From assembly GCA_965649105.1 (NCBI GenBank), contig CBFGJP010000004.1, positions 1 to 58,035 on the forward strand: a DNA stretch of 58,035 nucleotides, in the 5' to 3' direction. The notes under the pieces were generated by a model. It saw only the letters and a list, made by a program, of their open reading frames with translations, was not told the origin of the DNA and did no database searches. Each line of letters starts with the position of its first letter. Within the stretch, counting starts at the first letter, position 1. Source of the DNA: a candidate division WOR-3 bacterium. GTDB taxonomy: Bacteria; Hydrothermota; Tepidihabitantia; SM23-42; JAOAFX01. The position numbers and the translations under genes were made by a program. Below are positions 30,342-40,316 of this stretch, in pieces.

Positions 30342-31850
30342 ATGCAAGAGATAGAAGAGAAGATTTCGCCAGCAGAGGAAAGATTTGAGAGGATTAGAAA
30401 AAATATCGGATTTTTTCTCGGCCCTGTTGTATTTGTAGTATTTTTACTACTTCCAATGTCCAGCCTTTCAAGAAATGCCCATTTTTTATCAGCGATATTA
30501 GGATGGGTTGTGGTATGGTGGATTACTGAGCCGGTTCCAATACCGATTACCGCTCTTTTAGGAACTGCGCTATGTGTGATAATGGGTGTTGACAGTATGA
30601 AGAAGATATTTGCACCATTCGCTGACCCGATTATCTTTTTATTTATCGGTAGTTTTATCATTGCCCGGGCAATGATGGTGCATAGACTTGACCGCAGATT
30701 TGCCTTTCAGATCTTGTCTATTCCGGGTATTGGTAAAAGCAGTAATCTGATTCTTTTTACACTCGGACTTATTGCAGTCTTAATATCAATGTGGGTGAGT
30801 AACACTGCAACTACGGCAATGTTGTATCCAATTGGTCTGGGCATTCTCAACACGATTGCTCAACTCCATTCAAAAGATGTAAAAAAATTAAGATATTCAA
30901 CGGGATTAATGCTTATCATTGCCTATGGTGCGTCGGTCGGTGGGATTGGCACACCGGTGGGCACACCTCCCAATTTAATCGGCATTGGATTGATTAAGGA
31001 ACTTCTGGGTAAGAATGTTACATTCTTTAGATGGATGCTTTTTGCAATACCGATGGTTGTGATAATGTATACAGGTTTATTTTTATTACTTAGATTATTA
31101 CTTCCGCCTGAATTCAAAGAACTCTCTGGTATTGATGAATATGTAGCAAGGGAAAAGCAATCGATGGGCAGGATTTCAAAAGGGGAGAGGAATGTTTTGA
31201 TTGCATTTTTGATAACGGTCTTTTTATGGGTCTTTCCGGGTATACTGGCAATAATTTTTGGCTCCGATGCTCAAATCTGTAAATGGTGGGAGGCGCATAT
31301 ACCAGAAGGGCTCTCTGCAATCATCGGTGCACTGATTTTATTTGTCTTGCCTTTGGACTGGAAGGAAAGAAGATGGACAATTACCTGGAAAGAGGCTGTA
31401 GAAATTGATTGGGGAACAATTCTTTTGTTTGGTGGTGGACTTTCTTTAGGAAGTCTGATGTTTTCAACGGGTCTGGCTGAGAATATTGGAAAAGGGATTC
31501 TGAGTCTCACCGGTGCAAAGAGTCTTTTTGCCATAACTGCAATCTCAATTCTGCTGGCGATTATCACCAGCGAACTTACCTCAAACACTGCCTCAGCGAA
31601 TATGGTGATTCCGATTATGATTTCGCTTTCAACTGCAGCAGGTGTAAATCCTTTGATACCTGCACTCGGTGCCTGCCTTGGTGCTAGTTATGGATTTATG
31701 CTACCGGTATCTACTCCACCGAATGCGATAATCTATGGCTCAGGTTATGTGCCGATTACAAGGATGATAAGGGCAGGAGTAATCTTTGACTTTTTAGGAT
31801 TTCTGATAATCCTTGCGGGGGTATTTCTAATCCTGCCATTGCTGGGATAG
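30342..31850 (+). CDS. DASS/SLC13 sodium:dicarboxylate or sulfate symporter
   Basis: Two SNT motifs (SMWVSNTATT, ELTSNTASA), GTPVGTPPN, PVSTPPNAI; many TM helices. Confidence 0.95.
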   Translation: MQEIEEKISPAEERFERIRKNIGFFLGPVVFVVFLLLPMSSLSRNAHFLSAILGWVVVWWITEPVPIPITALLGTALCVIMGVDSMKKIFAPFADPIIFLFIGSFIIARAMMVHRLDRRFAFQILSIPGIGKSSNLILFTLGLIAVLISMWVSNTATTAMLYPIGLGILNTIAQLHSKDVKKLRYSTGLMLIIAYGASVGGIGTPVGTPPNLIGIGLIKELLGKNVTFFRWMLFAIPMVVIMYTGLFLLLRLLLPPEFKELSGIDEYVAREKQSMGRISKGERNVLIAFLITVFLWVFPGILAIIFGSDAQICKWWEAHIPEGLSAIIGALILFVLPLDWKERRWTITWKEAVEIDWGTILLFGGGLSLGSLMFSTGLAENIGKGILSLTGAKSLFAITAISILLAIITSELTSNTASANMVIPIMISLSTAAGVNPLIPALGACLGASYGFMLPVSTPPNAIIYGSGYVPITRMIRAGVIFDFLGFLIILAGVFLILPLLG

Positions 31851-31856
31851 AACTGT

Positions 31857-33869
31857 ATGAAGATAATTTTTTACTCTTTTTTTGTAGTAAACTTCCTCTT
31901 TGCAGGGAATTTTATTTTTAATGGGAATTTTGAAGATTCGCTCAATTACTGGAATCCCTATGCACAGGGAGAGACATATACCATAAATACAGACAAAATT
32001 TATGAAGAAGACCCGGATTCAGAGGTCTATATAGGAAGGCTTGACCGATTTTTGACCGCAATATCCCAGGTCTGTTATGTTCCGGATTTAGACCTCAATC
32101 TTTCATTTAAGGCAAAGATAGTCGCCCAATGCTCAGATACATCACACCCTTCCCCTGCTGTCGCCGCAATCATTATCTCTTATCTTGACATTAATGATAA
32201 TGTCCATGGGGAGACGAGATTGTTCAATTATTGTGATACACTTTACTGGACACCATCACCCACAGTCCATTTAATAGAACTTGGTGACACAAACTGGATT
32301 GTTGATACGATAAATATTGTTGAAGAATTACAGAATCTTCCTGGTGTCAATCTTTTAGATATTCGTAAATTGAGGATAACATTACTCGGTCAATCCTATG
32401 GATGTTGACCATACCATGCAGAGGCGAAGGTCTTCGCCGATGATATAAGCCTTTCATACCCGGACAATTCTGCCCATTGCACCCTGATTTCATATTTTAT
32501 TGATGACTCTTCGGGAAATTGTAACGGCATTTTAGACCCGGGTGAGGAAGTGGAACTTTTCTATAAATTAAAGAATGTTGGTGGGGTTGATATTCAGAAT
32601 TTAACAGGTATCCTGACAACTTCATCACCGTATCTTACGATTACAAATGGCAGTGCATATTTCGGTGCTGTTTTTATTGATTCCCTGATAGAAAATTCAT
32701 CTTCTTTCAGACTTCTCGCATTGCTTAATGCACCCCAGGGAACCTATGACTATCTTGATTTGATATTGAGCGAAAATTCCGGGGTTGTTGATACGGTCAG
32801 GATAAAAATCATAATTGGTAAGAGGGATTATTTTATCTGGGACCCGGACCGAAATAATTCAAGCGGTCCTTTGATACATTCAACACTCCAGAATCTTGGA
32901 TATGTTGGTGATTATGCTGGTGCACAATTCAATTCATTTGAGCACTTAAGAAATTATAGGTCGCTCTTTATCTGCACAGGTGTGGCGTATGAAAATTATG
33001 TTTTATTCAAGGATTGTTATGAAGTTGCAAAGGTTGTGGATTTTATAAATCAGGGGGGATGTGTATATCTTGAAGGTGGAGAATGCTGGGCATTTGACCC
33101 TTTTGTAATGTCCGGTTTCAATTTCAACCCTTATTTTGGTATCAAACCGATAAACGATGGATATACCAATATGGGACCGATTGAGGGTGTAAATAACACA
33201 TTTACTCAAGGGATGAATTTTAGATATCAGGGTGAGAACTTTTATCTTGATGTGATTGATTCAACAGGCAGAGGTTTCAGGATTTTCCATGACCAGGATG
33301 ACGATTATTATTGTGGGGTGGCAAATATTGGCAATGGTTATAGGACAGTCGGTGTTTCATTTGAACTTTCCGGACTTATGGATAACGATTCATCAACAAA
33401 GGCAATCTTGTTTGATTCAATAATGCATTTCTTCGGGATAAATCTTGAGGGTATTGAAGATTTAACAAATTCGCAATTCGCAATCCGAAATTCGCAATTA
33501 TTATCGGTCTATCCAAATCCATTCTGTGAAAAGACTGAAATCATATGCCGGTTGCCTGATGCCGGATGCCAGATGCCTGATACCCGATACCCGATGCCTG
33601 ATGCCAGATACCGGATGCCTGATACCAGATGCCGGATTTCAGATTATCCCGTATCCCATATCTCATATCTCCAATCAGCTACTTTGAAGATCTATGATGT
33701 ATCTGGAAGGTTGGTCAAATCATTTAACCATTTAACCAATTCTCCATTTAACCAGGTTGTCTGGTTTGGTGATGATGATGCAGGTCGTCTTGTTCCTGCT
33801 GGTGTTTATTTTGTGCGGCTTGAGGCAGGTGGTTTCAGACAGACCGAAAAGGCATTACTTTTGAGATGA
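31857..33869 (+). CDS. Predicted secreted selenoprotein of 670 aa (Sec184 at TGA 32406-32408): CBM-like domain, Ig-like domain, GATase1-like domain and FlgD/T9SS-type CTD
   Basis: ORFs 31857-32408 and 32550-33869 are in the same frame and separated only by one TGA. The intervening 47 codons are stop-free and read PYHAEAKVFADDISLSYPDNSAHCTLISYFIDDSSGNCNGILDPGEE. A SECIS-like hairpin follows the TGA. Confidence 0.78.
32416..32444 (+). promoter_or_regulatory. Bacterial SECIS-like hairpin
   Basis: GGCGAA-GGTC-TTCGCC (32423-32438); the apical loop starts 20 nt after the TGA. The AGGTCT apex is the same as in the E. coli fdhF SECIS. The stem extends through a GA/GA tandem and an ATGCA/TGAT pairing. 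Confidence 0.7.
33468..33672 (+). repeat. Heptamer tandem arrays inside the C-terminal sorting domain
   Basis: AATTCGC-like x~4 (33468-33499); ATRCCNG-like x14 (33545-33642, two units degenerate); TATCYCN x4 (33645-33672). Confidence 0.9.
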
Positions 33870-33906
33870 TAGGAAATTTTGGGCAGGAGTTGGGTATAGA
33901 GATTTT

Positions 33907-34761
33907 TTATCTTCGCAGGGATTTTTTTAAACCATTGATCATATCTTCCACTTCGCAAGTGGAAATAAGGCGGCACAGTCTTTCTTCATATTTTATTGCC
34001 TGATTATAGCCCCTATCTATCGCCTCTTTTGCCTTTTCAAATTGACTCAAACCAATGCCGGATGTATCAATATCTATCCAGATTCCTTTTTTCATTTGCT
34101 TAATATCATATTCAATCAGTCTTGAACTTATTAAATCAAATGTTTTGATGAAAATGTCTTTTATATTATATCTTTTTTTAGACTCTTGCCCTGCTGAAAT
34201 CTTTAATTGTGGATATTCAAATCGCCGTAAGACATTTACGGCAATAATCTTCTTTGCACCCAGATTTATTGCCACATCCACCGGGACCGGATTGATAAAT
34301 CCACCATCAATCAAAATTCTGCCATTATATTTATTTGGGGTAAAGAAAACTGGAATTGCGATTGAAGACCTTATTGCCTGAATCAGGTTTCCCCGGTCAA
34401 TAATAATTTCTGCATTCTCTTCTATGTCGGTTGCCACTGCCGCATATCTTATTGGTAATTCTTCAATTTTAACATCACCAAGGTACGGCTTTAAGAATCT
34501 GACAATATTTACTCCATCAATAAATCCCCTCTTGGAAATGTGAAATTTAAATAATCGTTTCTTCTTTTTCTTATCTATCTGCAGTGCAATCTCTTCCATT
34601 TCTTTTGCGCTGAATCCCTTTGCATAGAATCCGCCAATGAGTGAACCCATACTCGCCCCGACGACAATATCGGGTCTTATACTCAATTCTTCAAGTAATT
34701 TTATCAACCCAATATGGGCATATCCTTTTGCTGCACCACCCCCAAGAACTAACCCGAGCAT
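33907..34761 (-). CDS. Patatin-like phospholipase (RssA-like)
   Basis: LGGGAAKG, GASMG (GxSxG), LIDGG. Confidence 0.95.
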   Translation of the reverse strand: MLGLVLGGGAAKGYAHIGLIKLLEELSIRPDIVVGASMGSLIGGFYAKGFSAKEMEEIALQIDKKKKKRLFKFHISKRGFIDGVNIVRFLKPYLGDVKIEELPIRYAAVATDIEENAEIIIDRGNLIQAIRSSIAIPVFFTPNKYNGRILIDGGFINPVPVDVAINLGAKKIIAVNVLRRFEYPQLKISAGQESKKRYNIKDIFIKTFDLISSRLIEYDIKQMKKGIWIDIDTSGIGLSQFEKAKEAIDRGYNQAIKYEERLCRLISTCEVEDMINGLKKSLRR

Positions 34762-34767
34762 ATTGGT

Positions 34768-34843
34768 ATTATACTGAAAATATTTTCCTATTCAAGGATT
34801 AATAAATAATGCTCCTTGCATTTTTAATGATTTGTTATATAAT
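34768..34843. promoter_or_regulatory. Divergent leaderless-type promoters for patatin and plsC
   Basis: Minus strand TTGAAT-N16-TATAAT-N6-ATG; plus strand TTGCAT-N16-TATAAT-N5-ATG. Confidence 0.65.
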
Positions 34844-34848
34844 TTAGT

Positions 34849-35427
34849 ATGGGATTGAAGTGGCTTATATCATGGCTTTTGACATTTCCTCTTTTTATTT
34901 TACTCACCGGGGTAGAGATAAAAGGCAAAATTCCTAAAAAAGGACCGGTGATTCTTGCCAGCAATCATCTTTCTTTTTTAGACCCGCCATTGATAGGCTA
35001 CACCGCATTTAGAGAGGTGTATTTTCTTGCCAAACCAGGATTGTTTGTATTATCAAAGTTCTTCACCTGGCTCATTAAAAACTATAATGCGATAAACCTT
35101 GAAGGGGGACAGGGAATAAGACCTGCTATAAAATTATTGAAATCCGGTAAGCCGGTCGTTATATTTCCTGAAGGAACACGGTCAAGAGCGGGTGTGCTTC
35201 TTCCTTTCAATCCGGGTGTGGGTTTCCTTGCAATAAATTATAATGTTCCGGTTGTACCGGTGAAGATTATAAATTCAAATAAAAACTGGATAAGTTTGAT
35301 GATACGTTGGAATAATGTTAAGATAATCTATGGCAATCCTATCTACCCTGATGGATATAGAAATACAAAAGAGGATTTTGAAAAATTTTCAAATAAAATT
35401 AGAGAGGAGGTTAAAAACCTGAGATGA
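34849..35427 (+). CDS. plsC: 1-acyl-sn-glycerol-3-phosphate acyltransferase
   Basis: NHLSFLD (HX4D), FLAK, IFPEGTRS. Confidence 0.92.
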   Translation: MGLKWLISWLLTFPLFILLTGVEIKGKIPKKGPVILASNHLSFLDPPLIGYTAFREVYFLAKPGLFVLSKFFTWLIKNYNAINLEGGQGIRPAIKLLKSGKPVVIFPEGTRSRAGVLLPFNPGVGFLAINYNVPVVPVKIINSNKNWISLMIRWNNVKIIYGNPIYPDGYRNTKEDFEKFSNKIREEVKNLR

Positions 35428-36245
35428 AGATACATTGTGCCCGCCATTCTGGTTTTTGTTTTGGTGTAAAAAGGGCAATAAAAATGGCGATGGACGCAGT
35501 CCGTGAAAAAAATTGTGTATATTCATTGGGACCATTGATACATAACAGGGATTTTGTTGCTGACCTTGAGAAAAAAGGAATAAGGATAATTGAAGAGGTA
35601 ACTGATATTAAAACACCAGGTGCAACTGTCATTATCCGTTCACATGGCATTAGCCCTACCTTGTTGAAAAGATTAAAAGAAGAAGGTGTTGATATAATTG
35701 ATGCAACCTGTCCGAAAGTGCGGCGTGCCCAGCACTATGTACAGAAACTTGTTGAGGCAGGATATTTTGTTATCATTGTGGGTGAGAAGGACCATCCTGA
35801 AGTGAGGGGGCTCCTTGGTTATGCAGGAAAAAATTCTGCGATATATTCGGATGATATTGTATTAAGGCACAAAAAGATTGGAGTTGTTCCACAGACTACG
35901 CTTGATTTTGAACATTTTTACAATGCAGTAAAAAATTTATTACCTAAGGTTATTGAAATGAAGATTTATAATACAATATGTGATGAGACAATATTGAGAA
36001 TTGCTGAGGCACTTTCAATTGCAAGAAAAGTTGATATGATGCTTGTGATTGGAGGAAAGGATAGTGCTAATACGACAAGGTTATACCAGATATGTAAAGG
36101 TATAAAACCATCGTATCATATAGAAACGGTGAATGATATAAAAACCCAATGGTTTAAGGGTGTGAAGAGCGTGGGTATTACCGCAGGCGCCTCAACACCC
36201 GATGAACAGATTGAAAGGGTTGTTAATCATTTAAAGAAGATATAG
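35424..36245 (+). CDS. ispH: 4-hydroxy-3-methylbut-2-enyl diphosphate reductase
   Basis: GFCFGVKRA, LIHN, SHG, DATCP, HPEV, TICDET, SANT, TAGASTP. Confidence 0.97.
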   Translation: MKIHCARHSGFCFGVKRAIKMAMDAVREKNCVYSLGPLIHNRDFVADLEKKGIRIIEEVTDIKTPGATVIIRSHGISPTLLKRLKEEGVDIIDATCPKVRRAQHYVQKLVEAGYFVIIVGEKDHPEVRGLLGYAGKNSAIYSDDIVLRHKKIGVVPQTTLDFEHFYNAVKNLLPKVIEMKIYNTICDETILRIAEALSIARKVDMMLVIGGKDSANTTRLYQICKGIKPSYHIETVNDIKTQWFKGVKSVGITAGASTPDEQIERVVNHLKKI

Positions 36246-36249
36246 AGAA

Positions 36250-37905
36250 TTAAAAATCTCTTTTGTTCATTGATTTTATACCCCATAATATCGGTAGATA
36301 AATTGTGGCAAAATTCAATATAATGAATGCAACAAAAGATAGAATTATGATTCTTAAATTTAAGTTTCTCCCCCAATAGTGACTTATTAAATAATTATGA
36401 ACCGGAGCGGAGAAGATAATTATTACCAAGGCAATGTATCCAATGCTTATTAAGGCTGAAATAATCCCGCCGCTACCCGAAGCAATTTTTGAGGGATTAT
36501 CTTCGTTAAATTGGGGAAAGATGCAGCCCATGCCAAGGTTAATTGAAATTAATGACAGGGCAACAAACAGTCCAATAAAAAGAGAGAAGTAAAATATTAC
36601 GGGTTCAGTTCTTATAAATAAGTTTGCGAATAAAAGTAAAGATTCCATTAAAATAATGCCAACTAATCCGTAAAATATATATTTTATAATAATTACCCTG
36701 GTTAAACTGAAGGGTGAAGTTTTAATGAGCCATATCCCTTTCTTTTCCAGGCTCAACACAGGAAATATGAACCTTACCCCTAAGGTTGCAATAACAAAAC
36801 TTACATAGGCAAAATTAGCAAAAGAGACGATTGTGCGCCATACTGAAAAGCCAAAATAGATCGGTGTCCGGCGCAATGAGAATATATAGACAACCAGCAG
36901 GATTACGAATATGGCGAGTTGAACCCACTGGGTTGGTTCACGTATAAATAGTATTATGTCTTTTGACAAGAAGGTTCGTATCGGATTCTTCTGAAATTGT
37001 CCAAGGAGTGATTTCTTTTTGATTTCTTTTTCACCCTGTTCGGCAATGAGAAGGAACGATTTGTGGTAGATTGATTCAGCAATTAAATATGAAAGCATAA
37101 CACAACTGAGTGCGACTAATATCAAAAGCAAAATATAGATATATCCAGTATGGTTGGGTGAGACAAAATTTTTGAAGATGTTGCCAAGCCAGGTTGAAGG
37201 AAGATAAATTCCGCCGACGGTTGTGAGGTTGGCAGCAAACATAAGTAATTCTCTTTCATTCTCAGTTTCAAAAATTCTTAACAATTCAGGGTTACCAATC
37301 TTTATGTACAGCAGTATTAAAACAACAATGAAAAAAAGCGAAATGAATATGATATTTTTGGGTTTTAATCTGGGGAAAAGCAAGACAAATATGAATATGA
37401 TGATGGCAGATAATGCCGAAGGAATTATAAGAAAAACAAAAAAGCATAAAAATGAAACAGGATAAAATAATATGTTCGCATTATTAGAAATTCCATAGGA
37501 AAATATTAATGGAATAGCAATCGCCAGAGTAGCCCAGGAGGCGTAAATTGCATTTTCAAACAATTTGGCAAGATAGATGGTGGTAGGTATAACCGGCAGC
37601 GAAAATAAAAAATGCAATTCTTGATTATTATAGAATGTAGAGAAAGAACTTATGATATTGCTGAACAGAAGCATTATGAAGAATACAAAAAGTATCATTT
37701 CAATCGTCCGCGCCATAATGGCGGGTCCGATGATTTCCACCGTACCGAGATATTTAAAAATCCGGAAGAAAACATAGTAACCACCGGATAAAAAGCCGAT
37801 TAGAATGATAAAAAATGTAATTCGAGGAAGTTTGTGCTCTTGCGGTGTGAAATATTTAAATAAAAGGTACAAGCGGAGTCTGAATAATGAGAAAAAAGTA
37901 TTCAC
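36250..37905 (-). CDS. Putative ABC transporter permease (ABC-2-like, multi-TM)
   Basis: About 12 TM helices, LFSLPV and IKTSP motifs; coupled to the ABC ATPase gene. Confidence 0.85.
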   Translation of the reverse strand: MNTFFSLFRLRLYLLFKYFTPQEHKLPRITFFIILIGFLSGGYYVFFRIFKYLGTVEIIGPAIMARTIEMILFVFFIMLLFSNIISSFSTFYNNQELHFLFSLPVIPTTIYLAKLFENAIYASWATLAIAIPLIFSYGISNNANILFYPVSFLCFFVFLIIPSALSAIIIFIFVLLFPRLKPKNIIFISLFFIVVLILLYIKIGNPELLRIFETENERELLMFAANLTTVGGIYLPSTWLGNIFKNFVSPNHTGYIYILLLILVALSCVMLSYLIAESIYHKSFLLIAEQGEKEIKKKSLLGQFQKNPIRTFLSKDIILFIREPTQWVQLAIFVILLVVYIFSLRRTPIYFGFSVWRTIVSFANFAYVSFVIATLGVRFIFPVLSLEKKGIWLIKTSPFSLTRVIIIKYIFYGLVGIILMESLLLFANLFIRTEPVIFYFSLFIGLFVALSLISINLGMGCIFPQFNEDNPSKIASGSGGIISALISIGYIALVIIIFSAPVHNYLISHYWGRNLNLRIIILSFVAFIILNFATIYLPILWGIKSMNKRDF

Positions 37906-38627
37906 ATTTCTTCGGTAAGTTTTAAATATATTTCTTCAATATCTTCCCTACCGGAGACTACCGCAAGTTCTTCGGTGGTGCCTACAAATTTTAGTTCACC
38001 TCTATTTATTATCCCTATACGATGGGCAATCTGTCGGGCAAAGGATAGAGTGTGGGTTGATACAAGCAAAGTTTTCCCATTGTGAGCAAGTTCTATAAAT
38101 GTTTCTCTTACTATTTTACTCATTTTCGGATCGAGTCCAACCAGCGGTTCGTCAATCAAAATCAATTCAGGGTCGTGTATTAATAACTGGCACATTATTA
38201 TTTTTTGTTTCATGCCGTGGGAATAGGTTTCTGAAGGTTCGTCAATCCAATCGCCAATTTCAAATTTTTGAATTAGCACTTTTAGTTTTTCATCATAAAA
38301 TTCTTTTTTGATACCGAATAGCCCGGCGACAAAATTTATAAATTCCCGTCCGGTCAACTTATTATAAATAAATGGTTCATCCGGAACATAGCCGAGTAGG
38401 GATTTATATTTTATCGGTTCTTTTTTTAAATCAATACCATTTAATGTGATTTCGCCTGAATTTGGATGGAGTAGTCCGGCAATGAGTTTCAAGGTTGTGG
38501 TCTTTCCGGCACCATTCGGTCCCAGAAGAACAAAGCTCTCGCCTTTATTCAATTCAAGACTTAAGTTTCTAACTGCCCAGACTCCATCAAAATTTTTTGA
38601 TAGGTTTTTGATGATAAGGCTTTTCAT
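37902..38627 (-). CDS. ABC transporter ATP-binding protein
   Basis: GPNGAGKTT, YSHGMKQK, LIDEP. Confidence 0.95.
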   Translation of the reverse strand: MKSLIIKNLSKNFDGVWAVRNLSLELNKGESFVLLGPNGAGKTTTLKLIAGLLHPNSGEITLNGIDLKKEPIKYKSLLGYVPDEPFIYNKLTGREFINFVAGLFGIKKEFYDEKLKVLIQKFEIGDWIDEPSETYSHGMKQKIIMCQLLIHDPELILIDEPLVGLDPKMSKIVRETFIELAHNGKTLLVSTHTLSFARQIAHRIGIINRGELKFVGTTEELAVVSGREDIEEIYLKLTEEM

Positions 38628-40093
38628 CAGCGATACTCTAATACATCAATTTTGAGTTTGCCCACGACCTTCATTACTTCTGCCCAGTCCGATATCTCTC
38701 CTTCTTTTAGTTTTAAATGGTATACATCAGCCGGAAATTGGTTGAATGTAGGGTCAACCGGTACCCATTTGCCAAGCCATACCGCACACCAGGCATGGTA
38801 GAAATATGCATCGCCCTCAAGATTTACCAGTCCTACATAAATCTTGGTTGGGATTCCCAGCGTCCTTGATAAAGCGGCGAAGAGTATGGAGTGTTCATTA
38901 CAATCTCCTTCCTTGGTCTTGAGAACATCTATGGCTGAAGGCATTGATGGCGTAGGCACTTTTTTTATCATTCTATAAACACCTGTTGTAACTCTTTTGG
39001 TTATGTTGAGCGCAGATTTTTCTTTCCCGACCATATCTTTTGCTACTTTAATAATATCCGGATGTTCACACTGGATATATGCCGAAGGAGATAGAAATTC
39101 TTTATGTTCGGTGATTGGCACTGTCAAATCTTTCAAAGAATTGATGTCAGGAAGTGTTATCTCTATTACTAAAGTTTCCTCAGAAACTACTTTTTGAAAA
39201 TCATCATTCAGGTCAAGTCCTTCACTTGAAATACCACTTAGTTTAAGTTTTACGAAAGATATTTTTCTATCTTCAGGTAAAGGGTTGGATAGTTTAATTG
39301 AGAAGAAACTGAGAAGGTCAAACGCCTCTTGGGGTTTAACTTCTTTAAGTGCTTCTTCTTTGGTCATTGGAATCATTTCCATAAATAGATTCGGTGTTTC
39401 GTTTTTTATTATTTTATTATTTTCATCAAGCCATATATAAGAAACCACGCCCATAAAATTTATTTCAATTTTTTTGCCTTTTGTTTCTTTATTTAATACC
39501 ATTACCATTTCTTCTGGATAGACTTTTATTCTCGCCTTACCCGTTGACTGGCTTGTGGGGTCGAAGTATGGAAGTGTTATTTCAGCACCGGGCTTTAAAT
39601 CCCTTTTTTGCACAATCAAATCAATAACATTGGGAATATAAGGTTTTTCTTTAATCTCCTTTATCTGGGTTTGTTTTATACCTTGCGAATAAGTTGTCAG
39701 GGTGAGTTTATTACCTTTTATATTTCCTTCGATTTTTGATTCATGCCCCTGGGAATGTATTAGCAGCGTAAAATCGGTAAGCGCATAATCAGTATCAGCA
39801 GTTGCGAATATCTGGGTTTTGAGGGTTGTTATTTCATTCATCATATTTATTGTCATTTGACTGTTAGTTTCAATTTCTAAACCGTGCTCAAGTTTTTTAA
39901 TCTTTGTAAAGGTATACCCAACCCTTTGTCCTTGAATAAAGATACCAAGCCATTCTTCCGATATTTCTTTGACTATTTTAGGGTTATTTTCTTTTGATTC
40001 GTTTTTCCCTTGATTTTCCGGAATTACAGATAATAAGAAAATAACGAGCCCAATCAATAAACACAAAATTAAAATAGAGATAGTTTTTTTCAT
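38627..40093 (-). CDS. Membrane-anchored transglutaminase-like domain protein
   Basis: GDCNEHS, YHAW and VDPT Cys-His-Asp triad; N-terminal TM helix. Start moved to ATG 40093 because the promoter TTGACT-N16-TATAAT (40131-40104) overlaps the longer start. Confidence 0.88.
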   Translation of the reverse strand: MKKTISILILCLLIGLVIFLLSVIPENQGKNESKENNPKIVKEISEEWLGIFIQGQRVGYTFTKIKKLEHGLEIETNSQMTINMMNEITTLKTQIFATADTDYALTDFTLLIHSQGHESKIEGNIKGNKLTLTTYSQGIKQTQIKEIKEKPYIPNVIDLIVQKRDLKPGAEITLPYFDPTSQSTGKARIKVYPEEMVMVLNKETKGKKIEINFMGVVSYIWLDENNKIIKNETPNLFMEMIPMTKEEALKEVKPQEAFDLLSFFSIKLSNPLPEDRKISFVKLKLSGISSEGLDLNDDFQKVVSEETLVIEITLPDINSLKDLTVPITEHKEFLSPSAYIQCEHPDIIKVAKDMVGKEKSALNITKRVTTGVYRMIKKVPTPSMPSAIDVLKTKEGDCNEHSILFAALSRTLGIPTKIYVGLVNLEGDAYFYHAWCAVWLGKWVPVDPTFNQFPADVYHLKLKEGEISDWAEVMKVVGKLKIDVLEYR

Positions 40094-40316
40094 AGGTCGA
40101 AGTATTATAATCAAATATGACCTTAAGTCAATCCCGTTAACAATTACTCCGACTATTTCTTACTTTTTGAAAACTTAAATTGACAATCTGCTTTCTTTCA
40201 TTACATCCCCATCCACCCCTTATGTTCTAGTCGATTAATTGTGCGCAAAAGAAGTAAATAAAACTCAGATAACTCCCCCCTTGATTTTTTTTAAAAATTT
40301 TATAAAATTTCTTCTT

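Noticed and set aside
32406-32408. Genome-wide UGA reassignment (genetic code 4 or 25)
   Set aside because: TGA terminates many conserved genes at their expected ends here (queA, plsC, nuoF-like, MacB permease), often in ATGA or TGATG overlaps.
33545-33672. CRISPR array
   Set aside because: Contiguous 7-nt units with no spacers, inside a coding frame, and no cas genes in the window.
16997-33738. Diversity-generating retroelement TR/VR pair
   Set aside because: The shared block is only 49 nt, mismatches are not confined to adenines of one copy, and no reverse transcriptase is present.
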